In this document: positions 50,311-59,284 of the stretch, in pieces | How positions within the stretch are numbered: the first letter of the stretch is position 1 | Layout of the letters: each line of letters begins with the position of its first letter | Origin: Candidatus Onstottus frigus | Lineage (GTDB): Bacteria; Acidobacteriota; Blastocatellia; UBA7656 | Assembly (NCBI GenBank): GCA_038040445.1 | Contig: JBBPIG010000001.1 | Span: 301,768-365,767 of the forward strand | DNA length: 64,000 bases | Reading direction: 5' to 3' | Made by a program: the position numbers and the translations under genes | Notes under the pieces: generated by a model | Databases searched by the model: none | The model's input: the letters and a program-made list of their open reading frames with translations, nothing else | Told to the model about the DNA's origin: nothing

Positions 50311-51021
50311 CTACATCGGCTGAAAGTATGCAGACATCTCGATCGTCAACATGATTCCCGACATTCCTTCTCCGCGCGAGCGTCTGCTTGTCGCGCGCGC
50401 ATCCTGATTCGAAAGATTGACCGAGTTGATAACCACAAACTGTTTATCGTGCTCGAGCTCGTTGATAAACGTTCGCACGTTGGAGTACGGCCCGAACACA
50501 GTAAATCGAAAAGCGACGCTCGGGATCGCGCTGAGCATTTCGTCGGCCTTCTTGCGTTTCGTCTCGCCAGTACTTTTTTCGCCTTCGCCGCCCGAGTCGC
50601 CCATGCTCGAGCCCATATCTATTCCACTGGTCAGCGCGACGTTGTTCTTTTTAGCGAGCGCGTTGATCTCTTTTATGAGACTTATTCGCCCCGACGAAAA
50701 CGGTTTCAGATGGCTGGTCTTGAACGCGTCCAGAGTCTCCAGTGCACTCTTAGCCGTGTCGAGAAATGTCGCTTCCTCGCCGACATGGCCTGTGCTGGCA
50801 ATGATGTTCTTCTGCTGCTCGCTAAGTTCCGCTTCCAGAATGCGCAAGCGGTCCTGCTCGGGTTTCAGCGAAGAAAAGTAGTACACAAGGACAAGCACGA
50901 GAGACACGACGGCAAATAAAGCCGCGATCGCCTCGCCGGGGTTGAGACCGAACGGTATCCCGGTCACCTTGATCGAGCGAACTTCTGAACGCGGCACTCT
51001 TTCTCGCACGTGTGTGCTCAC
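50311..51021 (-). CDS. PilO-like pilus/secretion assembly protein
   Basis: Short cytoplasmic N-terminus, TM, coiled coil, periplasmic domain. 4-nt overlap with the upstream PilN-like gene. Confidence 0.45.
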   Translation of the reverse strand: MSTHVRERVPRSEVRSIKVTGIPFGLNPGEAIAALFAVVSLVLVLVYYFSSLKPEQDRLRILEAELSEQQKNIIASTGHVGEEATFLDTAKSALETLDAFKTSHLKPFSSGRISLIKEINALAKKNNVALTSGIDMGSSMGDSGGEGEKSTGETKRKKADEMLSAIPSVAFRFTVFGPYSNVRTFINELEHDKQFVVINSVNLSNQDARATSRRSRGEGMSGIMLTIEMSAYFQPM

Positions 51022-51629
51022 TGGGCGTCACCTCTCGAAGGTTTATAAGTCAGATTGAGAGTGAAAGGTGTTTCACCGCTCTCGGTCGCCGTTTCCTGAC
51101 CGGTTTCACCGACAGTAAACAATCCGCCCGACTTATCGAGGCTCATCATCATCTCGGTCATCTCGCCGGGCGTGGTGCCGACCGCCTTTATCTGGACTCT
51201 AGCCATCACTTGTTCCGAGTCGCCCATAAGCTCCTCGACTTTGATGCTCATGATGCGAGTGTTCTTTGGTACATAGCCTTCAATGTCGCCGATCATTCTA
51301 TTCCACGAGAATCCCTTGCGTTGAATCAACTGCCGCGCGGCCGCGAGCTCCAACGCTTGCTGCTCGGTGACAACGGTCTTGGTTTGCGCTCGATTGCGCC
51401 GCTCCTGTTCGAGCTTCGCTTCGGCCTCAGCTTGCTTCTGCCCCTCGATGCGCTGTTTGACTTCTATCTCCTTCGCGATCACGCGATCCTTCTCACCGGC
51501 GATCCAAAGGAACAGCCAGAAGCTTGTGAAGTAGACCGCCACCACGGCAATCCACAGAACGCGGTGATTTGTGAAAGGCTGCCTCGAAAGGTTTATGTGT
51601 GTTCGCATTCTGTTCAAGAATACCGACAA
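51018..51629 (-). CDS. PilN-like fimbrial assembly protein
   Basis: N-terminal INLS(RQPF) motif resembling the PilN INLLP motif, then TM and coiled coil. No pilM upstream. Confidence 0.45.
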   Translation of the reverse strand: MSVFLNRMRTHINLSRQPFTNHRVLWIAVVAVYFTSFWLFLWIAGEKDRVIAKEIEVKQRIEGQKQAEAEAKLEQERRNRAQTKTVVTEQQALELAAARQLIQRKGFSWNRMIGDIEGYVPKNTRIMSIKVEELMGDSEQVMARVQIKAVGTTPGEMTEMMMSLDKSGGLFTVGETGQETATESGETPFTLNLTYKPSRGDAQ

Positions 51630-51834
51630 CCTTGCGCGTTTGCCAGCTTTCGAGGCAAGGTCGAACCGGGTTGTCGCGCTCCCGGCGCCGGCGATCCTTT
51701 GCTCAAAGGGGCGATTGCAATCGGCTTTACGGGCAACTCCTGTCGAGGGCTAACGCATCTGGTGATGAGAAGTTCCAGTTGTTGAACATCTAACGGCGAT
51801 CGATGTTTTAGTCCGGTTCACGCGGGAGGAGCAG

Positions 51835-53130
51835 ATGAAGACCTGCCCAGTTTGCGCGCTTGATATGGAAGACACATATTTGTTTTGTCCGGATGACGGC
51901 TCGAGTCTTGGGACTCGCTCGAGCGGATCGTCTGAGAATGCGGCGATCGCCTCTGAAGTTCCCGCTGAGGTCCCCGCTGAGATCCATGCAGAGACTGCCG
52001 CGGCACTCGTGTTGTACTGCCCAACCTGTGCTTCTGAATACCCGCTCACTTTCTCCGAATGCCCCATGCACGGCGTGCCGCTGACAAAACACCACATACC
52101 CAGGCTCTCAAACAAAGAACGCGCCGCTACGGTTGAACTGCCATCAAAACAAACCGAAGCTACGCTCTCAAATCGGCTCACGCGTCTCAATCTGACGCGT
52201 CCGCAGATAGAAAAGCCGCATCGCGCGGCCCCAGTCGCGGCTGAAGTCGCGACCGGCACTCCCGTTCTTGAATTCGACTATCCACAACTCACGGCCGGCG
52301 GCAGCTCTGAGGAAAGCGATTCCGAATTGTTCTACCCTGAGTCGCTGACGGAGGTTCAAGAGCGAGGGTTCGAACGACCTGGCTTTCGAGTCGCCGCGAT
52401 CGCAACCGTTCTCGCGCTGGCAGTGTTCGCGCTCGTGGCTATCTACGCGTTGGTTTCAAATCTGTCGAGGCGGCCGTCTCCAGCCGTCGTGCGAGTTGCC
52501 AGTGCGACCGAAGCAGCAGTCCAACCCTCGCCATTCATTCCCACGCCTCAAGAAGCGCAAGATTACAGGGACGAGCAGCCTTCACCGGTAGCTTCGACGC
52601 CACCGGCTGAGCAACCCCCCGAGCGAAAAAGCAACGAAGGTGTCTCCGCTTCAGCGACCGAGCGAAGCGCACGCAGCTCTACAGCCGCGCAACCTGGTCC
52701 AAAGCCGGGTGTAGTGACGCCGCCACAACCACCAGTGACGACCACGAAAGTCTCGACCTCGCCCATGCCTGCCCTACCTCGCGGAAGCTCCGGTGGATTT
52801 GATTCACGGTTGATCCGAGTGCGATCGAGGAAGACCCCTTCTGGATTTCGCTACGATCTGACGTTCAATATGCTAGAGCAAGCTAATCGCGCGGCTCAAT
52901 GGCAGAGAGTGCTGATCGCCACTAGATCCGCAAGCGGCATGAGCCATTCTGAAGCTATCCCGTTTGTACACCGCTTGGGCGCGACGGGCGCGCTTACGTT
53001 TACAATCAGTGTCGAGCTAACCGGACGTTCGGAAGCCGATTGGCAGGGCCGCGTGGTGTGCACGACATTGGGTTGGGACAATAAGGGCGCGCCGCTTCAG
53101 GCAATCTTCGGCGCAAACCTCACACCCTGA
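51835..53130 (+). CDS. double zinc-ribbon plus TM plus Pro/Ser/Thr-rich hypothetical protein
   Basis: CPVCALDMEDTYLFCPDDG and CPTCASEYPLTFSECPMHG, a single TM (AAIATVLALAVFALVAIYALV), low-complexity periplasmic region and a C-terminal folded domain. Confidence 0.5.
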   Translation: MKTCPVCALDMEDTYLFCPDDGSSLGTRSSGSSENAAIASEVPAEVPAEIHAETAAALVLYCPTCASEYPLTFSECPMHGVPLTKHHIPRLSNKERAATVELPSKQTEATLSNRLTRLNLTRPQIEKPHRAAPVAAEVATGTPVLEFDYPQLTAGGSSEESDSELFYPESLTEVQERGFERPGFRVAAIATVLALAVFALVAIYALVSNLSRRPSPAVVRVASATEAAVQPSPFIPTPQEAQDYRDEQPSPVASTPPAEQPPERKSNEGVSASATERSARSSTAAQPGPKPGVVTPPQPPVTTTKVSTSPMPALPRGSSGGFDSRLIRVRSRKTPSGFRYDLTFNMLEQANRAAQWQRVLIATRSASGMSHSEAIPFVHRLGATGALTFTISVELTGRSEADWQGRVVCTTLGWDNKGAPLQAIFGANLTP

Positions 53131-53220
53131 GAGTTTCTGGTTTCTAGTTTCTCGTTGTGGCTCGGTGAAAGACAGTCCTCACCTCAGAAACCAAGAACCA
53201 GAAACCACAAACCAGAAACC
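53131..53220. terminator. bidirectional terminator-like hairpin built from inverted heptamer arrays (3 x GTTTCTN on the left, 5 x AGAAACC-like on the right) between convergent genes
   Basis: gagtttctggtttctagtttctcg ... cagaaaccaagaaccagaaaccacaaaccagaaacc, read directly. Confidence 0.45.
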
Positions 53221-53223
53221 TAT

Positions 53224-54231
53224 TCATATCTTGATCACGAGTTTGCCCTGGTTGGAACCATCGAACAACTTGTTCACCGCGCGCGGTGCCTGGTCGAGGC
53301 CTTCAACGACATCCACGCGGTACTTGATCTTACCTTCCATCAACCAGCGCCCGAGTTGGGTCATCGCCTCCTGGGCGCGGTCCATGTAGTCGGTTACTAA
53401 GAAACCCTCGATTCGCGCGCGCCTTACGATCAGCATCGCGAGGTTGTACGGGCCCGGCACTCGCTCTGTCGCGTTGTATTGTGAGATCAATCCGCACAAT
53501 GAAATACGCGCTCCGATATTTATCAGGGCCAGCACCGCATCCAGAATCTCGCCTCCGACGTTCTCGAAGTCGACATCGATGCCATTCGGACACTCCCGCT
53601 TCAGGGCCTCGAGCACGTTCCCTTTCTTGTAGTTGACGGCCGCGTCGAACCCCAGCTCTTCAGCAAGCCAGCGGCACTTCTCATCAGAGCCCGCGATCCC
53701 GACGACGCGGCACCCTACGATCTTTCCGATCTGTCCGGCCAGCGATCCGACGGCTCCGGCGGCCGCAGACACAACCAGCGTCTCGCCGGCTTTCGGCTTG
53801 CCAACGTCAAGCAACCCGTAGTAAGCCGTCAGCCCTATGTGACCGAACAATCCCATGTAAGCAGTCAATGGAACCGCGGGAATGTCAGGCAGCTTCGTGA
53901 GACCAAGCCCGTCCGTAACAGCGTAGTCCTGCCAGCCCAGCAAACCTGAAACGTGGTCGCCCGCTTTGAAGCCTGGATTGCGCGACTCTTCAACAACGCC
54001 GATCGCGCCGCCACGCATGACATCGCCGAGCTTGACGGCCGGCAGGTAAGTATCTACCTCATTCGCCCAACCGCGGTTGGTTGGATCGAGAGAGAGGTAC
54101 TGGTTGTGAACGAGCAGCTCGCCCTCTTTCAACTCGGGCACCGGCGCCTCAGCAAAACTAAAATCGCTTTCCTTGAACTTACCCACGGGTCTCGCCGCGA
54201 GCCTCCATTGCCGATTCATTCGCTCAGTCAT
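53224..54231 (-). CDS. NADP-dependent oxidoreductase, medium-chain dehydrogenase/reductase family (YncB/CurA-like)
   Basis: Rossmann motif AAAGAVGSLAGQIGK. N-terminal region like NADPH-dependent alkenal/one reductases. Confidence 0.8.
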   Translation of the reverse strand: MTERMNRQWRLAARPVGKFKESDFSFAEAPVPELKEGELLVHNQYLSLDPTNRGWANEVDTYLPAVKLGDVMRGGAIGVVEESRNPGFKAGDHVSGLLGWQDYAVTDGLGLTKLPDIPAVPLTAYMGLFGHIGLTAYYGLLDVGKPKAGETLVVSAAAGAVGSLAGQIGKIVGCRVVGIAGSDEKCRWLAEELGFDAAVNYKKGNVLEALKRECPNGIDVDFENVGGEILDAVLALINIGARISLCGLISQYNATERVPGPYNLAMLIVRRARIEGFLVTDYMDRAQEAMTQLGRWLMEGKIKYRVDVVEGLDQAPRAVNKLFDGSNQGKLVIKI

Positions 54232-54496
54232 GGTTCCTCTCTTTGTGCGATGGGATTCTCTTTGAGCTTTCGTGACCTTGCTAAGAAATCTGTTCCCTTT
54301 TCAGAGCCAGCCCCGGATTCGATCTCGATACCGGCGCTTTGAAGCGCCAGCATAATAGCACGAACAACCGCGGCAGCCGAACGCGGCGATTCCAACCAAA
54401 TGCAGTTACATCCTTACCACTGTTCAAATCCGCCGAAAGTCATTTATAATCCGCTGAATCGTGGAGCCGAGAGGTTTAACAGGGGAGGGAGAGATA

Positions 54497-55162
54497 ATGA
54501 AAATCAAGATACTCGCACTCAGTCTGATGCTGGCGTTTCTTACTTCTGGCAACGCCGGAGTCGTTTCGGCGAAATCCAGGGTGATTGAGTTTGTAAAAAA
54601 GGACGGATCAAAGATCGCCACTATTCACGTGAATGCTCAGAGCCTTCTGTTCGAGTTCAATGACGGCTCAGATGCTGTCCTCTTCAGTGACGAAGCTTTT
54701 TTCACGATGAACAACAAAGATAAGACTTATCGTGTTCAAACCTATGCTGAGTTGCAGGCTAGCGCTAGCCGAAAGGCAGTCGAAATCGCACAATCACCGA
54801 AGGACGCCGACGCCGCGCAAGGCGGTGATCTCAAGTTGACCGAAGAGACCGACACGATATCGGGATTGAGAGTTCGCAAGCTCATTCAGACGAATAAGGG
54901 TGAAACCGAAGCCGAGTTCTGGGTGTCCAGCGAACTCCTTCCGCAGAGTGTGCGCGCATTTGGTGAGAAAATGAGGAGCATTTTTCCAAAGGACTATTGG
55001 ACAAGTGGGCGTGCCAGAGGCTTGGTGGAAATAGTAACGTTGTTTGGTGTTCCGCTAAGGATGACTTACGGTCACGATACCTACCAGGCGCGAATCGTCG
55101 AAAGTTCGAGTTCTGACTCCTCGTTTCAAGTGCCCGCTGGCTATAGAAAACTCGACAACTGA
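54497..55162 (+). CDS. secreted hypothetical protein (about 221 aa), low GC
   Basis: Signal peptide MKIKILALSLMLAFLTSGNAGVVSA. Start at 54497 after GGAGGG. The track ORF begins at 54461. Confidence 0.5.
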   Translation: MKIKILALSLMLAFLTSGNAGVVSAKSRVIEFVKKDGSKIATIHVNAQSLLFEFNDGSDAVLFSDEAFFTMNNKDKTYRVQTYAELQASASRKAVEIAQSPKDADAAQGGDLKLTEETDTISGLRVRKLIQTNKGETEAEFWVSSELLPQSVRAFGEKMRSIFPKDYWTSGRARGLVEIVTLFGVPLRMTYGHDTYQARIVESSSSDSSFQVPAGYRKLDN

Positions 55163-55183
55163 AGTTGGCCAAGACAGGAATCA

Positions 55184-55765
55184 ATGACCCGATACTTCGC
55201 ATTCCTGCGGGCCATCAACGTTGGCGGCCACGTGGTCAAGATGGATCGCTTACGCCAGATCTTCGAGTCGCTCGCCTTCTCCAATGTTGAAACTTTCATT
55301 GCGAGCGGTAATGTAATCTTTGAATCGACATCTAAGAGTGTAAAGACCCTCGAGAAGAAAATCGAGAATGGGTTGCGCGAAGAACTTGGTTATGAAGTCG
55401 TCACGTTTATACGAACCGAACCTGAGTTAGTCGAGATCGCGAATTACCAGCCGTTCTCGCCATCCGATTTCGATGCGGCTGTGGCGTTCAACATTGTGTT
55501 CCTGAGCGAAACGCCGGACGAAAGATCCAAGCAAGGGCTGATGGCCCTGAGAACCCAAGTCGATGACCTGCATCTGCGTGGACGGGAGATCTACTGGTTG
55601 GGACGCACGAAGCAAAGCGAATCGACCATTTCCAATACTGTGTTTAGCAAGACTCTTGGTCAGCTGGCAACGGTTCGTGGAGCGAACACGGTAAAGAAGA
55701 TGGCCGTAAAATATGCCGGGCTCAAAGGAATTGCCGCAACATCGCAGCGAAAGGAGAGGCCATGA
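55184..55765 (+). CDS. DUF1697-family protein
   Basis: MTRYFAFLRAINVGGHVVKMDRLRQIFESLAFSNVETFIASGNVIFES matches the conserved N-terminus of DUF1697. 193 aa. Confidence 0.7.
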   Translation: MTRYFAFLRAINVGGHVVKMDRLRQIFESLAFSNVETFIASGNVIFESTSKSVKTLEKKIENGLREELGYEVVTFIRTEPELVEIANYQPFSPSDFDAAVAFNIVFLSETPDERSKQGLMALRTQVDDLHLRGREIYWLGRTKQSESTISNTVFSKTLGQLATVRGANTVKKMAVKYAGLKGIAATSQRKERP

Positions 55766-56202
55766 GTGTAGTTGATGAACTGAAGTCGCAGATCACGGAA
55801 GGCCGGATCATATTCGATCCGCCTCCAAACAAGTTGAAGAAACAACTACTCGGGGAGAATGACGGAACAAAGGCTTCTGCATTGTTGCAGAAGCTAGTCC
55901 TCGAGGTCTCCAAATTACAGAAGATTCGCATAAGCTCGATTGTTCGCACCGAAGGGCATCACGGTGAGGGGCGTGCGTTCGATGTCGGCAACGAAGAGAT
56001 AGCGGCGATGCTGCTGCCGGCTATCGCAACCGATGCGGAGGTTCTGGAGCTTAAGATCGATGAGATCATCTTTGACGCTACTGTAGCCGGCCAAGGTGAT
56101 CGCAATCATTGGAACTACGACGTGGGTCAGAAGCACAACTACAACAGCGCAACGCTGGACCAGCATAAGAATCACATTCACTTTGCTGTGAAGGCCGGCT
56201 AA
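55762..56202 (+). CDS. small cytoplasmic peptidase M15-like (D-Ala-D-Ala carboxypeptidase/VanY/hedgehog-fold) zinc hydrolase
   Basis: H-x-x-G-x-A-x-D zinc-ligand motif (HGEGRAFD, compare VanY HQSGLAID) and distal H-x-H (HIHF). 146 aa, no signal peptide. ATGA overlap with the DUF1697 gene. Confidence 0.45.
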   Translation: MSVVDELKSQITEGRIIFDPPPNKLKKQLLGENDGTKASALLQKLVLEVSKLQKIRISSIVRTEGHHGEGRAFDVGNEEIAAMLLPAIATDAEVLELKIDEIIFDATVAGQGDRNHWNYDVGQKHNYNSATLDQHKNHIHFAVKAG

Positions 56203-56258
56203 GAGCCTAAACAAAGCTGCTTTGATAACACTCGACAAAATCAAAGGAGGAATGGGTC

Positions 56259-57221
56259 ATGACTAATATCGTTGTGTGCTGCGATGGAACCGGGAATTCG
56301 TACGGAGATCACAATACCAACGTTGTCGAAATGTATAAGACCGTTGTGCGCGATCAGGATCAAATAGCAAATTATGATCCAGGCGTCGGGACCTTCAGTG
56401 TTTTTGGCCGCATTCTGGGCAAGAAGATCGGAGTGCTTATCGGCAAGGCGTTTGGCTGGGGCCTCACGGAAAACATCGAAGATGCCTATTGTTATCTCAT
56501 GGACAGGTACCAGCCGGGCGACAGAGTATTTCTGTTTGGTTTCAGCCGCGGTGCGTACACCGCGCGAGCCCTGGCGGGTATGCTTCACAAAGTTGGGCTG
56601 CTCCAAAAAGGCAGCGTCAACTTGATTCCTTATGCCAGCGATATATACAACACCCCCGACAATGATCGAAATGCAGCCGGATTCAAGGAAACCTACTGTC
56701 AAGAATGCAAACCTCATTTTATTGGCGTGTGGGATACCGTTGGCTCACTTGGCTGGGTATATAGCAAGAGGAAATTCTTTAATACCCGGCTTAACAAGGA
56801 CGTGGCGCATGGCTACCAGGCAATTTCCATCGATGAAAAGCGAAAAAAATTTCCCATCACCCTTTGGGAAGAGGAGGATCTGCAGCCCGGTCAAAACGTC
56901 GCCCAGGTTTGGTTTGCGGGCGTGCATTCGGATGTTGGCGGGTGGTATGAGCAGCGCGGTCTGTCTGACATTGCTTTGATTTGGATGCTGGAAAATGCTC
57001 AACGAGAGGGATTGAGACTCAAGGATGGCTGGAAGGAGAAGCTAAAACCGGATCCTCTGAGTGAGATCCACGAGTCACGCACAGGGTTCTGGCGGGCATG
57101 GCGGCCAGCAATGCGGAAAATTCCAGAGGGCGCCAAGATCCATACGTCCGTTCTGAAGCGCATCGAAGCGGACAAAGGTTATAAACCGCGCCTGCCTAGT
57201 AACTATGCGGAAGGAAATTAG
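56259..57221 (+). CDS. DUF2235 alpha/beta-hydrolase protein (T6SS Tle1-like phospholipase family fold)
   Basis: N-terminal VVCCDGTGN motif typical of DUF2235. Lipase pentapeptide GFSRG. 320 aa, no signal peptide. Confidence 0.7.
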   Translation: MTNIVVCCDGTGNSYGDHNTNVVEMYKTVVRDQDQIANYDPGVGTFSVFGRILGKKIGVLIGKAFGWGLTENIEDAYCYLMDRYQPGDRVFLFGFSRGAYTARALAGMLHKVGLLQKGSVNLIPYASDIYNTPDNDRNAAGFKETYCQECKPHFIGVWDTVGSLGWVYSKRKFFNTRLNKDVAHGYQAISIDEKRKKFPITLWEEEDLQPGQNVAQVWFAGVHSDVGGWYEQRGLSDIALIWMLENAQREGLRLKDGWKEKLKPDPLSEIHESRTGFWRAWRPAMRKIPEGAKIHTSVLKRIEADKGYKPRLPSNYAEGN

Positions 57222-57340
57222 AAGTTTTAACAACCGACTCCAGCGCAGAGTCTCGACCCCTTGGCGGCTTGTTATTGTGAATCAGCTCTCTGGAAAGTAG
57301 CGACAATGACCGCTATAGACACGGTTCGCGCCATCGCACG

Positions 57341-57790
57341 ATGGCATTCCCGTCATCCCTTTTCTTGCGACCTCAATTCACCGGGCTCTGGCGCCATCGC
57401 GATTTCACCAAGCTCTGGGCTGGGCAGACAGTCTCGATCTTCGGGACGGGATGCTCACGCGCATTGCGCTCCCGCTCACGGCGCTGCTCGCGCTCGATTC
57501 GAGCCCGCTGAACAGCTACGCGAGCAGGCCGGGGACAGTCCACGGTACATTCAGCAAAGGAGACGATGAGCGCCATGAAAACGACCCAGATTCTTTATTT
57601 CATACCTTGCGTCGCGGGGACGATTCTTCCTTATTCTCAGTTGTTTCGTTTCTTGCGAGAGCATGGGCTGGATACATCGCTTCCTTTCCAGCAGCTCTTC
57701 GCGAACAAGGTGTCGGGCTTTTTTGGCCAGGACCTGATTGTGTCTTCACTCGCGCTATAGGTCTTTGTTTAACTCGGAGGGAACCAGATT
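57341..57790 (+). pseudogene. frameshifted and truncated remnant of an MFS transporter gene
   Basis: ATG at 57341 encodes MAFPSSLFLRPQFTGLWRHRDFTKLWAGQTVSIFGTG (classic MFS N-terminus), then hits a stop. The reading continues in another frame (MLTRIALPLTALLALD...) and returns to the first frame for a hydrophobic tail. Total under 450 bp, versus about 1.2 kb expected. Confidence 0.45.
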
Positions 57791-57954
57791 GAGAATGTGT
57801 CATCTCTGGATATATATATCGCCTCCAATCTTCTAGTAGGGTTTCTCTGGGCTTGCCGTTGTTTTTGCTGATACGTCAATCAAAGCTGGATCATTCAGTC
57901 GTTTCGACGAGCAGGTGACGATAGCATCTTCGAAACGGGGTTTGTTGTAGTTCG

Positions 57955-58383
57955 CTAGTCCAAGAAACGCGCGCGTACTTCCGGCGCCGGTAGCAGACAA
58001 GCATCATACTTCCCAAACCACCGGTACCGTCGCTTTGCGAACTGATCGTAAAGGTAATCTCGAACGGATCGCGGGATGATGTACCCGGCGAGAGCCAGTT
58101 TCCAAGGCCCACCCAAATACCGAGCCACATGCAGCGCCGAATCGGATCGCACGAACACTTGCTCCAGGTTCGCGAAGTCGAGGGGCTCTACGAACACAAG
58201 CGAATCTATGCCTTTCAATTCCGGATGGCGGGTCAGTATCGACTTGGCGTAATCGCTCTGCAATGCGGCAAAGAACATGGTCTTCCGCTTATCGTAGCGA
58301 AGGATGCGCTGAACACCCTTGCTGCAGAAGCCGCACAGCCCATCATAGAGCAACACAGGATGAGAGGTGTTTGTCTCCGCCAT
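57955..58383 (-). CDS. DCC-family thiol-disulfide oxidoreductase (DUF393)
   Basis: LYDGLCGFCSKGVQRIL CxxC motif typical of the DCC1-like family. Start taken at MAETNTSHP. Confidence 0.7.
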   Translation of the reverse strand: MAETNTSHPVLLYDGLCGFCSKGVQRILRYDKRKTMFFAALQSDYAKSILTRHPELKGIDSLVFVEPLDFANLEQVFVRSDSALHVARYLGGPWKLALAGYIIPRSVRDYLYDQFAKRRYRWFGKYDACLLPAPEVRARFLD

Positions 58384-58636
58384 GATCTGTGCGCCTGCCG
58401 CGCTATGAACCGCAGTCGATACCCTCCGCTCGTTCCAGTTTAAGAGCATCAATGAATACAGCATGGGTCCTTTGAAGCTGCTGTGCAAGTGACGTCTGGC
58501 CGTCGAAGCGAAGTCCGAATGAGTTCTTTCAAAGCGAGACCGGTCAACCGATTCAGGATACACTTGCCTGTCGTCGACAGTGCAATTGCCAAACTCGATA
58601 ACTCGCCGTATCGTATCGCCTCAGTGAGGTAATCAA

Positions 58637-59101
58637 ATGTATTGTTCATCCTGCGGTACCGCAGTGTCGTCGAGCTTGAGCTATTGCAATCGTTGTGGGG
58701 CCGAATTGAATGCGAAGGACCGCAGCCCGAGCATAGCGTCCGAGATGGCACACGAATCTCTCGTGTGGGCCCTCGTATCTGTCACCGTCGTCGGTATCGG
58801 GGCGGTCATCGGTCTGATGGCGGTGATGAAGGAAGTGGTTCACTTCAACAACGGGCTGATCATCGCTTTCTCGCTTCTGACTTTCCTGGCTTTCCTGGGA
58901 GTCGATAGTGTGATTATCTGGCTGTTGTTGCGCCCAATGCGCGAAGCTAAAAAAGCATATCCCATCCCTCAACAGACGGAACTCACCACTAATGAACTAG
59001 CTGAATCGAAGCCGCGTGTCCTGCCGGAGCCTTCGTTCAGCGTCACCGACCACACGACGCACACGTTAGAGCCGGCCGACAGGAAGCAGCAAGCGGAATA
59101 A
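58637..59101 (+). CDS. zinc-ribbon plus two-TM hypothetical membrane protein
   Basis: MYCSSCGTAVSSSLSYCNRCGAE zinc ribbon, followed by two hydrophobic helices. Confidence 0.45.
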   Translation: MYCSSCGTAVSSSLSYCNRCGAELNAKDRSPSIASEMAHESLVWALVSVTVVGIGAVIGLMAVMKEVVHFNNGLIIAFSLLTFLAFLGVDSVIIWLLLRPMREAKKAYPIPQQTELTTNELAESKPRVLPEPSFSVTDHTTHTLEPADRKQQAE

Positions 59102-59284
59102 AAGGCAGCGCAGACGCAACCCCCACTTGAGTCGCGCCAATGCAATCTTGCTCCTCCATATCCAGCCCACTTGAATACGAACTACCGCCTCAATCGCGTT
59201 CGCCAATTGGCTCTCTACTGGTAAATCAATAATTCAGCCAGTATAGTTCAATTCAAGTGGACCCCATCGCGCGCGAGGACATCA

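Noticed and set aside
53155-53400. 81-aa plus-strand ORF starting in the heptamer hairpin
   Set aside because: It begins inside the terminator repeat and runs antisense into the oxidoreductase gene.
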